NCBI GenBank assembly: GCA_964187785.1
Contig: OZ076410.1
Location: forward strand, 11,842,001-11,906,000
Direction: 5' to 3'
Length of the DNA stretch: 64,000 nucleotides
From: Amphiscolops sp. MND2022
Taxonomy: Eukaryota
The notes beneath the pieces are model-generated. The model did no database searches, had not been told where the DNA came from, and was given only the letters and a program-made list of their open reading frames with translations. Position 1 is the first letter of the stretch. Every line of letters starts with the position of its first letter. The position numbers and the translations under genes are program-made. This document shows, one piece after another, positions 42,220 to 52,315 of the stretch.

Positions 42220-42604
42220 AGGTCTCAACTAGGGTGTGAAGATATTTGATTCTAACCTCTTCTTCAAAGGGGTTAGTAACTAGGGTGATATCCATAAAAT
42301 AAACCAAGTCGTCGAAAGCCTTGTCTTTAAGGACAGCGGGGTGTTGGAGTATGTATTGTTGGAACGATAGGAATAGGTAGGCGTATTCCTTGGACCCGAA
42401 GTGAATAGGGAAGAGGACTAGTGCTTCTTTGTCTTCTGGTGTGAGTATACGGACTTGTATCGCCGAGGTAGTGATCTCGTAAAAGATTGACTGTATTTCG
42501 TATTCACCCGTGAGTTGTATAGGTTTCCAAGGAACCGGAGGTTGAAATTGAGTGTGGAAGTAGTACTTATTTCCTCGAAATACGGCAACTGCGGGAGAGG
42601 ACAT
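42209..42604 (-). CDS. Element 2 small accessory ORF C (131 aa)
   Basis: ATG fused to the ORF B stop (TAATG). Confidence 0.7.
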   Translation of the reverse strand: MSSPAVAVFRGNKYYFHTQFQPPVPWKPIQLTGEYEIQSIFYEITTSAIQVRILTPEDKEALVLFPIHFGSKEYAYLFLSFQQYILQHPAVLKDKAFDDLVYFMDITLVTNPFEEEVRIKYLHTLVETYDV

Positions 42605-42825
42605 TAAAGGACTGACTTGGCTCTTGTGAAGACTTCGGTAGGAGTGTTATTATATAGTAGACTCTCCAGTAGTGGGTAGATAGGTGATGCTGGCACACAC
42701 GTGTAGGTTTCACTCACTTCCTCTGCGATTGCATAGGCTTGTATGATTATGTTCTGTGTTGAGGGTTCCTTCTGAATGTCAGTGATCTGGGAAAGTCGGT
42801 TGTCGATTTTGAATATTATGATCAT
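42604..42825 (-). CDS. Element 2 small accessory ORF B (73 aa)
   Basis: First of three coupled ORFs; shares a motif with A, C and D. Confidence 0.6.
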   Translation of the reverse strand: MIIIFKIDNRLSQITDIQKEPSTQNIIIQAYAIAEEVSETYTCVPASPIYPLLESLLYNNTPTEVFTRAKSVL

Positions 42826-43099
42826 CAGTGAGCTGTTATGCCTTTTGGTGTGTGTTCATCAAACATAGCAAATCTGAGAATGGAATCATCAGTTATTTCA
42901 TTGCGTTTTTGGGGGTATTTGTAGAGGAGGGAGGATTACGACTTCATGAGTCGTCGTAGTAAACTAGACAAATGTCCGGGTAGGATATTATATTTTATAT
43001 CTGATGACTAGGTTGAATAGTGATATATATATGGTTTGCTTCAATCGATAATTATAAATAATTTGCATGACTTTAAATAAATCGTATTTGTATTTAGGG

Positions 43100-43773
43100 A
43101 TGAGCAACAACTTCTCCGATTATTACGAAGAATCTTCAACGGATGAGGAGCAAGGAGGTGGCCCTTCAACTTCCGCGTCCACTACATCTGCGGGGTCCTC
43201 CTCTACTGGTGTAGTGTCGGCTAGTGGGACGTCTTCGTCTTCTGTGAGGCCTTCCGTGGCTGGGCAGTCGTCGTCCGCTGGAGCTCGTGGGGGCTCGTCT
43301 ACTACTTCATCATCTGGAGCCCGCGCTGCACCTGCGTCTTCTGGGTCGCTTGTGGGTACTGTAGCCCCGCAGGCTGGGTCTGTCACCATGGCTCAGGGGA
43401 GTTTGGAGGACTCCAGCCTCCAACACTTCTTGAATCTCTTTACTATGAGAGTATAGACAGGCTGGAAAATTGGGCGAATATAGCGAGTTCTCTTCGGGGA
43501 ACACCGGGATTCGCTGTTCCTGTAGCGCCCATTCCTAACCCTTTGATTAGTTTCCTCCGGGCAAACTGGGGAGCCAGGTGGGAGGGAACTCTGCTGTCAC
43601 CCATAGGGGAGATGGTCATTTTCCAATTACGAGCATATATCCGTGGCTATGCTCAACTCACTGGTTTTGAGCGGGGACAGTGGATGCGTCTCTATTCTGT
43701 ATGGTCTATGCAAGAGCGGGCGGCTCAGCTGCGGAAGCTTGCCGAGAGGGGCGGTTTCCTGGAGATTGAGTAG
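43100..43773 (+). CDS. Internal antisense gene of element 2, split over two frames (acidic/Ser-rich N-part + globular C-part)
   Basis: ATG at 43100 after tgtatttag|; first frame ends at 43456; the -1 frame is open from ~43225 to 43773; one extra G in GGGG (43396-43399) would fuse them (MAQG-EFGGLQPPTLLESLYYE...); AATAAA at ~43900. Confidence 0.5.
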
Positions 43774-43938
43774 GCATTATTGCCTCTCATCTCCAGGAAA
43801 TACTTTATTTTTCTACGCTTTTGTGTTTGCTGCTTTTCGTAAGTTCCTTCTCGGGGTTGCACAAATTGTATAGATAAAAAGTCTAATAATAATAATAATA
43901 ATAAAGATAATATTTTTCAAATAAGCGGTAATATCCGG

Positions 43939-44325
43939 CTAGGAGCTAGGCGAGGAGATAGTAGAACAGCAGAATAAGTCTTTTTGGGTGTTAGGTAATG
44001 AAGGTTGTAGGTCAGGTATCAGGGTAGGCATGTAGGATAGGAGTTCCTCTAGGATAGGGACATGGTGGGTGACGGCATAATAGGCTAAGTGTTGATATAA
44101 GCGGGCGAAAGTAGGTGATTCTGGGTGTATATGAAGGTTAGATTTTCTAGGCGTAGGTTGTTTATGTGGGCTAGGATCTGGGTCGTTGGAGTAGAAACAA
44201 ATTCTAACTATTTTGTTTTTGTAGGTCCAGTAGATTTTAGTAATCGTAACCTGTAGGACTCCTAAGGACTGGGGTTCTCGCGGGACTTGCCAAGGTAAGT
44301 TTAGATAGACTTTATGGCACGCCAT
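43939..44325 (-). CDS. Element 2 small accessory ORF A (128 aa from ATG)
   Basis: ATG lies 7 nt after the stop of the integrase C-terminal frame; shares a motif with B-D. Confidence 0.65.
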   Translation of the reverse strand: MACHKVYLNLPWQVPREPQSLGVLQVTITKIYWTYKNKIVRICFYSNDPDPSPHKQPTPRKSNLHIHPESPTFARLYQHLAYYAVTHHVPILEELLSYMPTLIPDLQPSLPNTQKDLFCCSTISSPSS

Positions 44326-44332
44326 AGTAAGG

Positions 44333-44917
44333 TTATTCTTTGTAACCAATTCTAGTCCTTTCACGAAGTATGGACTGTAGCGCTGGTTGATTGGGTTGTG
44401 CTCGCTGATAACGCGGATTTCTTTCTATTTGGCGGGCAACGGCTCTTCGTAATTCTTGCAAGGGAGTCGTTGACTTGGTAGAAGATGCCGGGGTGTTAGT
44501 TGGGGGTGCTGGAGTTGGTTGACGTTGAGTTAATGTCAGGATAGGGGTTGCTGCGTTTTGAGGATGTGATGTAGAAGGCTGATCGGGGGTCTTGGGAGTT
44601 GACAACAACTGATTTTCTGGAGAGATGATACCAGAGTCTGTGCTCTGGGGGGTTTGCGTTCTTTTGCGGGCAAGTATTTGGTTTTGTTGATTCCGTACTG
44701 GCAATATGCAGAGGTCTCCGAGTTTTTGTGGTTCTGAAACATTAAGTTGTTCAATTCTTCCTTTGACAAGATTGTTATAAAAATCCGTGTCTCCACGGTG
44801 GGGAGTAGTGTATTCTTCGATAAGAGGCGGGAGTGTTTCTTCTTTAGGAAAGTATTCTATTAGATGATTCCTATGTACAGTTCGGAGATTCTCGGGGTTT
44901 TGATCTTCTATTATTTG
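44333..44917 (-). pseudogene. Frameshift-separated C-terminus of element 2 integrase
   Basis: After GPFTVTKRITNTT the -1 frame reads QIIEDQNPENLRTVHRNHLIEYFP..., the usual continuation of a Gypsy integrase; open to TAA at 44333. Confidence 0.8.
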
Positions 44918-47900
44918 GTTGTATTTGTAATTCGTTTGGTAACCGTAAAGGGTCCTAGTCGCAGTTGTTGGAGTTTTTGGCTTTTGGAGAGATCTTTTCT
45001 ATGGTTTTCTAGCAGAACCTTTTGTCCTATGTTGAGGTGGTTTCCAAGTTTAAATCTGTTCCTGTAGGCGTGTGATTGAGCTGTTTGTTTTCTGCACTTT
45101 TCGTATGTGGATGAGTAGACCTTTTTGAAGGCTGTTTCTCGTTCCAATAAGCTTTGTGATAGTTGTGGTCGTAATAGTCCATTTAGTAGTTCGTTTTTGA
45201 CTTGGTTTTCGCTATGGCAATGAGGAGGTAATCCTTGACAGAATTGTGATTTGCAGTTCTTGTTTTTGTTCCTGTAGAGTCCCAGCTTCAGACTCATAGG
45301 TATCTGTGGTTTGTTGCAAAACACTATCTCGTAGGGGGTCTTTCCAGTTGTGTAGTTGACGCTTGTGTTGTGGGCGAATGCAAATTTGGCAGCTAGTTGG
45401 GCCCAGTTGTTTCCTGATTCGTTTAAGAAGTTTCTCCAGTATCTTGCAATGTGTTGATTTTGAGTTTCTACTTTGCCATTTGTCCAGGGTGAGTGTGCGG
45501 TTCTTGGTCGAAGTGTAATGCCAAACTCTTTAGCCCAATTGACGAATTCAGTGTTCACGAAAGCTGTTCCTCTATCATGTACGATAGATTGAGGGATGCC
45601 ATAGTGCATAATCCATTTTTCCATCGCGTTGATTGTAGATTGTGCTCCTGTGTCTCTGACTGGGTATGCCATCAGGTAACGTGAGAAGGCGTCGATGATC
45701 AGAAGGCAATGTGAATTTCCACGACTGGGAGGATTGAGTGGTCCTTTGTGATCAATGTGGATGGTTCTGAAAACTTGAGTTTCGGTTTCGCAGTCTTCCA
45801 GTGGGACTTCGTTGTTTCTCCGTTGTTTGGATTTGTTAGATTGGCAGCTAACACAATCTTGTGTGAGGGCACAGATCCAGTTGTGCATCCCTGGCCAGTA
45901 GTAAAATCTCTTAGCATTGAGGAAGGTCTTTTCTGCTCCCATGTGGCCGCCGAGGTCGTTGTAATGTCCCATACGAAAGCAAGCTAAAAATAGAGAGAGG
46001 GGTAGACAGATTCTCAGATTCTCGTCTGTTGGGTCATCAGTTGGCTCGTTATAACAAAGGAGGTTTCCTTGGCCTTCTATAGATAATCTGTCGAATTGCT
46101 GAAAGTAACGCATGAGGCCTTTTGAGTGTTGTAACTCTGGTGATTTTGGTTCGGGTTTGTTTCCTGTTCTTACCCATTGTCGGACTACGCTGAGTACCGG
46201 GTCATTAATTTGTTCTTGTAAGATCGTTGTAACGTTTAGTTCTACTTCTTTGGATAGTTTATCAAGTTGTCTGACGAGTTCCTGTGTTGGTGTCTTTTGT
46301 TTTTCAGTTGAATTTGTAGGTAGATCGAGGTGTTCTATTGCCTTTGCGTTTTTGGGAAGACCTGGGTTACGCGCGATGAGATCTTCTGTGTTGAGCTCGT
46401 AGTTGGTCTCGTTAATTTCATGACTCTGATTGTCTGTGAGGGCTTCGTCATCCGTATCACTGTTGATGGAGCTGTAAGTGTTTTGTGATAAATCCGATGT
46501 GCTATCCCGTGTTCCAGACCTGATTCTTAGTTCTTCGAATTTTCCAAGTTCTCTTCCAGCGTCGAGGCAACTCTGTGCTGACTCTACTTTCGGCAGGTTA
46601 GGTTCCTCGTAGATAGAGTTAACTGTGAAGTTTTTCCCATCATTTTGGAGATGAAGTACTTTCCGTTCTTTTCCCTTCTCGTACAAGATGGGGTAAAAGT
46701 CGTTCTTGGATGTCTCTTCATTTTCTTCGTGTTTGATTTTGTAGTGTACTTGGGTTCCATGTTCGTCGAAAAAGTGTATGTCAGTTGGGATGACTTTGTG
46801 ACTGAGTTGATGTTTCTTGTGTTCCTCGATGGAGACGTTTCGACTGAGTATATCAGGGAAGGCTAGGTTGCTTCCTGGAGTCCAAATTATCTTGAGATTC
46901 GGGAATTTAGATATAATTACTTGGTACCGAAAAAAACGGGGTGAAACTTGTCCCTTTCTTCCCCAGAAATAAAGAATCGGCTTGTGATCGCAGTATAGGT
47001 AGATGGGGAAGGGAGATCCGATGATGTAGTGTTCATACGTCTGAAGAGCTGAGACTATGCCACATAATTCTCTGTGTAGTGTGGACATCTTTTGTTCTTC
47101 CTTTGCGAAAACTCTTGAGTTGAAGGAAATGATCCGTTTCCCTTCTGGGAATTGTTGGATGAGGATACATCCTGTCCCAACGTTTGACGAGTCGACGTGT
47201 ATGTGAAAGGGGTATTTTGTCGAGGGTATTGCGAGCACTGTGTCTTCGGTAATTCTTTTCTTTATTTCCTGGAAAAGGTCTTCGTGTTCTTGGTTCCAGC
47301 AAAAATTTGTATCTTTCTTGGTGAGTTCGTAAAAAGGTCGACTATCGACGTGAAGATTCTTGATGTAGCAGCTATAGAAGCCCAAAGCTCCTAAGAAGCT
47401 TTTCACTTCGGTTTTGGTCTTTGGTGATTTGAGATTGTGTAGGTCTTTTACTCGTTTTGCTACGGGTTGTATTCCTTCGGCTGCTATCACGTGTCCCAAA
47501 AACTTGACTTTCCTTAAGAAGAAGAGTGTCTTATCTGGTGCTGCCTTGAGTCCGGCTTTCCGCAGTAAGTTATGGTATTCTTGAATTACCGTGAACATTT
47601 CTTGTTTGTTTTTGGCTTGCATCAACGTGTCGTCGATGTATGTAATTGCCTGTTTCCTTTTGATGAGGGGTTCGAAGTGGATAGTCATCATTCTGCTAAA
47701 GAAGCTTGGTAATCCCTTGAGTCCATAGAATCCCCTGGTGAAGGTGTATTGTTTTCCGCCAATGATGAAGCTGGTGAGTTTTTGCGTGGGCTCGTCTAAT
47801 GGGACTTGGTGAAATGCACAGGAGAGATCACTTACTGAGAAGATGTTTCCATTTATTAGTGTCATTATGGTTTGGATCGGTTCTAAGGGCCAGGAATAAT

Positions 47901-49836
47901 TTGTTAGATCTGTCACCGAGTTTAGATATCTCGCATCTATGATCAGCTTGACATAGTCATGTTTTGGTTGTAGTATAATAGGATTCACAAATAAGGATCC
48001 CATTTCTTCATCGTCGCCCATTTCTCTGATGATATCAGCGTCTTTGAGTTGTGTGAGTAGCTTCTCTAGCTTTTCTCGTAGGTGAAGTGGTACTTTGCTG
48101 GGTCTCTGTCTCTTTAGAATTGCTCCAGGTTCTAGTTTAATGTTAAATTTTTGTCTGGTTTTCCCTACGTCAAATTTGTGTTGGGAGTATACATCTCTTG
48201 CGTCCATTAGTAAGTCTATTAGGAGAACCAGTTCTTCGTCTGTGAGGTCTGAGTAGCGAAAGTCGAATTCTTTAATGTATCGCACTGCTTCTTTATTTTG
48301 ATACTGAAGGTAGTACTCGATCAGTCGTTCGTTGTCTTCTTTTGGCCTGAAGATTTTAAATTGCTCATCGCAGGGTGGTTGACAGGACTTTGCGTCGCTT
48401 GTGAAGTCTGTCTCCAGCTCTCTATGTTTGAGATGAAATTGCTCGGAAAATTGTTGTATCTCATCTAGTACGTATTCGGGGTCTCCTCTTGTAGTCATGG
48501 CATAGACATCTAGTTCGTTTCTTGTATAAATTCGGAGTTGTAATTCTGAGTATGCAAATACGTCTTGAATGAGTTGAGTGACGTCTTGCCATTGGAAGTC
48601 TTCTAGCTCTGAGGCTTCCCGTAGCATGGATATAGTCTTGATGCCGCTCATTTTGGCGTGTGCTTTTAGAGTTTCGAGAGATTGAACTAGCAATTGTGGG
48701 TCAATCTTGTCTTTTGATTTTGCTTTCGTAATCAGAACATATATAAATCGTTTCAGAGTTTCGTCCCAGTAGGGTATGATTTCTCCTTTCTGTGGTTTCT
48801 GTTTTGCGCATGTATCCTTAAGTGAAGGTATTTTCGTTAGGATTTCTTTTGAGAAACCTTTGGCTGGTTTTAGGTCGGCCGGGACGAAGATGATGATAGG
48901 GTCTGGTCTGCTGAGTATTGTTTTCGAGTTTCCTCCTTCTATTCTGAGGCAATCGTTCATATCTTGTGAAGGGATGGTAGAGTGTAATAGGAAACAGTCG
49001 TTGTATTCTTCGTTTTCGTTTAGGATAGCATAGGCGAGTTCTGTCGGGTTTCTAATTTGGTATTTCGGAATTTCTTGGTCTAATACGTCAAGCATTGAGT
49101 ATCCGATAGTTCCTTTTACTAAAGTGATTGTATGGTTTTTGTTGTTTTCCATGACGATTGGTAAAGTCTTCTCAAATCGTGTGCAGAGGACATTAATGAA
49201 GTTAAGTCCAGTAGAAACTGCCTTCCTGTTCGGTAGGAACGTAGATCCAGGAGGAAATGAGTTATTAGTGTTTTCCGGTGCGAATTTGTAACATCTTGTC
49301 GTCTTTGGTTCGATATACATTGAGTGAGGAATTCGAACTGAGAGAATTTGTGATAGATAGGGGTAACATTTGTTGAGTTGTAGGCTACCATAGCAAAAAG
49401 TATTTATAGGTCTTTTGAGTTCTATGCCAGGAAGATCAAAGTGTATTTTGTTAACTTGTTCTTGGCAGAAATTCATTCCAAGGAGGTTTTGGGTTTTCAT
49501 CTCTGTTATCCAGACTGTTAATGGGAAGTTATGTTGTCCATCGGAATCGTAGTAGAGTTTGAGGGTGATGTATCCCATCATAGGGATGATCTGCCCAGAG
49601 TAGTTCCGTGTTGTGTTATTGCTTCTACTAAGTTCTAGGTCTTGTTGAAACTGGCAAAGTTCTCTAAAGGTCCTGTAGTTGATGATTGAAGATGTTGCCC
49701 CAGTGTCTAGTAGAAATTCGATTTCTAAGCCACTATCTTTTTGTGGGTCTCCGGCAGCAAAATAATAAAGATTAAGACTAAATTTTAGTGGGGCTGTGCT
49801 GCTGTTACGATTTTTCGGAGACCTTAGTAGTTTAAA
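44911..49836 (-). CDS. pol: Element 2 pol: protease-macrodomain-RT-RNase H-integrase (via -1 frameshift)
   Basis: FLLDTGATSSII (~49700, upstream of the listed ORF start); TARG1-like domain ~48525-48915; YIDD; HVDSSNVGTGCIL; HHCC; HIDHKGP / HDRG / KVETQN. Confidence 0.93.
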   Translation of the reverse strand, partial: FKLLRSPKNRNSSTAPLKFSLNLYYFAAGDPQKDSGLEIEFLLDTGATSSIINYRTFRELCQFQQDLELSRSNNTTRNYSGQIIPMMGYITLKLYYDSDGQHNFPLTVWITEMKTQNLLGMNFCQEQVNKIHFDLPGIELKRPINTFCYGSLQLNKCYPYLSQILSVRIPHSMYIEPKTTRCYKFAPENTNNSFPPGSTFLPNRKAVSTGLNFINVLCTRFEKTLPIVMENNKNHTITLVKGTIGYSMLDVLDQEIPKYQIRNPTELAYAILNENEEYNDCFLLHSTIPSQDMNDCLRIEGGNSKTILSRPDPIIIFVPADLKPAKGFSKEILTKIPSLKDTCAKQKPQKGEIIPYWDETLKRFIYVLITKAKSKDKIDPQLLVQSLETLKAHAKMSGIKTISMLREASELEDFQWQDVTQLIQDVFAYSELQLRIYTRNELDVYAMTTRGDPEYVLDEIQQFSEQFHLKHRELETDFTSDAKSCQPPCDEQFKIFRPKEDNERLIEYYLQYQNKEAVRYIKEFDFRYSDLTDEELVLLIDLLMDARDVYSQHKFDVGKTRQKFNIKLEPGAILKRQRPSKVPLHLREKLEKLLTQLKDADIIREMGDDEEMGSLFVNPIILQPKHDYVKLIIDARYLNSVTDLTNYSWPLEPIQTIMTLINGNIFSVSDLSCAFHQVPLDEPTQKLTSFIIGGKQYTFTRGFYGLKGLPSFFSRMMTIHFEPLIKRKQAITYIDDTLMQAKNKQEMFTVIQEYHNLLRKAGLKAAPDKTLFFLRKVKFLGHVIAAEGIQPVAKRVKDLHNLKSPKTKTEVKSFLGALGFYSCYIKNLHVDSRPFYELTKKDTNFCWNQEHEDLFQEIKKRITEDTVLAIPSTKYPFHIHVDSSNVGTGCILIQQFPEGKRIISFNSRVFAKEEQKMSTLHRELCGIVSALQTYEHYIIGSPFPIYLYCDHKPILYFWGRKGQVSPRFFRYQVIISKFPNLKIIWTPGSNLAFPDILSRNVSIEEHKKHQLSHKVIPTDIHFFDEHGTQVHYKIKHEENEETSKNDFYPILYEKGKERKVLHLQNDGKNFTVNSIYEEPNLPKVESAQSCLDAGRELGKFEELRIRSGTRDSTSDLSQNTYSSINSDTDDEALTDNQSHEINETNYELNTEDLIARNPGLPKNAKAIEHLDLPTNSTEKQKTPTQELVRQLDKLSKEVELNVTTILQEQINDPVLSVVRQWVRTGNKPEPKSPELQHSKGLMRYFQQFDRLSIEGQGNLLCYNEPTDDPTDENLRICLPLSLFLACFRMGHYNDLGGHMGAEKTFLNAKRFYYWPGMHNWICALTQDCVSCQSNKSKQRRNNEVPLEDCETETQVFRTIHIDHKGPLNPPSRGNSHCLLIIDAFSRYLMAYPVRDTGAQSTINAMEKWIMHYGIPQSIVHDRGTAFVNTEFVNWAKEFGITLRPRTAHSPWTNGKVETQNQHIARYWRNFLNESGNNWAQLAAKFAFAHNTSVNYTTGKTPYEIVFCNKPQIPMSLKLGLYRNKNKNCKSQFCQGLPPHCHSENQVKNELLNGLLRPQLSQSLLERETAFKKVYSSTYEKCRKQTAQSHAYRNRFKLGNHLNIGQKVLLENHRKDLSKSQKLQQLRLGPFTVTKRITNTTK

Positions 49837-51278
49837 GGGCGAAAATCGGAGACAGAGTTCACCGAGTAGTCAGTTTCGAGAAACTGTACTGTGTTGGATC
49901 TTCCCATGTCATTAGTTTTAGGGAACCTTTGATCGTAAGTTTGAGTTGGGGTGTTTGGTCTTTCGTTTCTGTTTAGTGGTCTGTGAAAGACTGAGTTATT
50001 CCTTGGTGGAAGAGGCTGTATGTTGCGATTAAAGGAGCTAGACTGGTCTCTGTTGAAGTTGAACGGAGATCTTGCTCTTTGGGGTCCAGGGGAAACACTC
50101 CTGGAGTTGTTAGAATTGTTTAGGAAGGGTCTTCTCCCTTCTTGTGAAAATCTTCGGTTACCAGGATTGAGTCTTGTATTCGTAGGTCGGCGTTCTGGGT
50201 TGAAATTTTTTCTTTGTGGTCTATCGTATTGATTCCAGGCAGGATTTGACTGCATAGCTCCAGCCAGTGCTAGTTGACGTGCCACAGCCATATGTTTTCT
50301 GATTTCTGAATCTGGTAATCTTGGTAGAAATCTAGAGCCATGTTCAGGTCCAGTTCTTTTGTTGTAGTCGTTGGTGAATGTTATTCTTCTTTCTGGGTTA
50401 GCTTCGTTTTGAACCTTCTTCACTTCTTCATCTCTCATCTTCTTTCTGCACCAGTTAGGTGTGTGCCCATTTGTCCGGCAGTAGCCACAGAATCGTGTGG
50501 CCATCCTTCGACCTGTAGCATTAGGGTCTACAGTTTTCTCTACTGCGTTGATTGTGTTATTCATCTGTTCTTTGATTTGTAGTTTGATTCCCTTCAGGTC
50601 GTCTCGCATTTCTTGTATGAGTGGGTCCGAATGTGATTCTCCGCCAGTTAGGGCGGTAGTTACCGTGTAGGAGAGGTCTTTGTTTATTACAGCTTGGGAG
50701 AATTGTTCCCAGGTTGCATTCGGGTGATCCATTAAATATTCGTGTGCCTTTTCTCTCAGTTTTGGAGGTCTTAGGCCTCTCAGTGAGTAGTCGATGCACC
50801 TTTGTCTTCTTTGTCGGTCTTGTGCTGCTCTTTCTGCGTTTCTGTCGTTTTGTGCGACGCCGGCAAGATCATCTGGCCAGCCTTTCCCCACAACAATTTT
50901 GATTCTGTGTAGAAAATTCTTTATCTCTTCTCCATCTCTTCTGGTGACATGTTCTGCTTCCATTCTGTGTCTGAATTTATTTCGGCCATCTGCGAATCTT
51001 GTGATGAACCTTTCTCTGATTTCTTGCCAGGTGTTAGCGTCTGTGATACTTGTCTCGAACCACTCCGCTGCTGGTCCTCTTAGTAGTGTAGCAAAGTAGG
51101 ATTTTCTCCTGAAGTTGTAGTCGTCAAGTGCTGCTCCGTTTGCTGGGGTATCACCATGAGAGAAACGGAACTTCTTTTCAATTAGCTGTATAAATTGTTC
51201 AGGATCTTGATCTGGGTCTGTTCCTGTGAATTGGTCTCTGCCGAGGTCTGGATAAGCCAAGTAATTTTGCGCAGCCAT
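49824..51278 (-). CDS. gag: Element 2 gag (484 aa)
   Basis: Capsid-like region (F.TLLRGPAAEWF); CCHC knuckle CGYCRTNGHTPNWC; basic C-terminus. Confidence 0.9.
   Translation of the reverse strand: MAAQNYLAYPDLGRDQFTGTDPDQDPEQFIQLIEKKFRFSHGDTPANGAALDDYNFRRKSYFATLLRGPAAEWFETSITDANTWQEIRERFITRFADGRNKFRHRMEAEHVTRRDGEEIKNFLHRIKIVVGKGWPDDLAGVAQNDRNAERAAQDRQRRQRCIDYSLRGLRPPKLREKAHEYLMDHPNATWEQFSQAVINKDLSYTVTTALTGGESHSDPLIQEMRDDLKGIKLQIKEQMNNTINAVEKTVDPNATGRRMATRFCGYCRTNGHTPNWCRKKMRDEEVKKVQNEANPERRITFTNDYNKRTGPEHGSRFLPRLPDSEIRKHMAVARQLALAGAMQSNPAWNQYDRPQRKNFNPERRPTNTRLNPGNRRFSQEGRRPFLNNSNNSRSVSPGPQRARSPFNFNRDQSSSFNRNIQPLPPRNNSVFHRPLNRNERPNTPTQTYDQRFPKTNDMGRSNTVQFLETDYSVNSVSDFRPLNY
49830..49836 (-). 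promoter_or_regulatory. -1 frameshift slippery site U_UUA_AAC (element 2)
   Basis: Gag ends CCT TTA AAC TAC TAA; the -1 frame continues into the protease. Confidence 0.8.
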
Positions 51279-52294
51279 TGTGAGCTATTGAGATTATAAA
51301 GGATAGAAGATGAAGCAAAGAACAATAAGCCAAAGACTCTGTGAGGTATGATACTCTTGGCTTTTGAGAATAACAGCAAAGAGTTAAAGTAAAAATTGTT
51401 TGTACTATGATTCTAATAGTGATAATTATTAGACAGGTCTGACAAATCATAAAATCCTTAATACACTGCTAGCAAAAATGAAAATAGCACTTCTCAGTCG
51501 AAGTTAGGCTCATTTCCGGTATTTCGTACTCTGATTCCAAAGTTTAGGGGATACTTACAAATCCCACTAGTGTTGAGATTATCGTAAAAAGGGTAGTTCG
51601 GGGTATACTAATCCTCCGAGTTAACCCAAAGAAAACCCATGAAGAGTACAGTCAGTCCACTAGGTCTTTCATCCGCTCGTTGAGCCTTTCTTTAACTTTA
51701 GGAAAATAACTACGGCTAGTTCACAGAGGGAGTTACTCTCGTCTTTAGGATTAAGTGCGTGGGGCCCAGATCACTATCATGCAATCACTTGGGTACTATC
51801 ACTAGAATACTAGGTTTCCCACTCGGAATGCTACATAGGTTCCAAGATACCCACTGGGCTCACGGCCTTCAAACAGCCTCCGAGGAGACCTAGGCGGGCT
51901 TTTACTTAATTTGTGTCCGTCCGGACTAGAGTGTATTTCCCAACTGTGCCTTTAAATAAAGCGTATAGAGTCAGTTTCATTCTTGTTTAGGACTGATTGT
52001 AATCTCATAGTATTTTCGTAAAGGTAAATCATTTCTAACAAATGGTTTTGGGGATTGAAAGAAAAAGAGTAGTGCATAAACTCTTCCGAAAGCTGTTAGG
52101 CTGGAGAGATTCTGTTAGAGTATTTACTAGCAGTTTTACGATTTATATAGATTAGAGAAGCCACATATTGAGGCAGTAGGAGAAAGAAGAAAATTAGAAG
52201 TAATGTTAAGAGAAATAAGTAATTAACCCTTACTTCTGAGAGTAGGGATTCTAACAGATAGCTCATTTACTTCTCTATTACAAGAGAAAAAGGT

Positions 52295-52312
52295 GCCTCA
52301 CTGGTCGCACCA
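52295..52312 (-). promoter_or_regulatory. Element 2 primer binding site
   Basis: TGGTGCGACCAGTGAGGC begins 3 nt after the 5' LTR; cognate tRNA not identified. Confidence 0.7.
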
Positions 52313-52315
52313 GTT

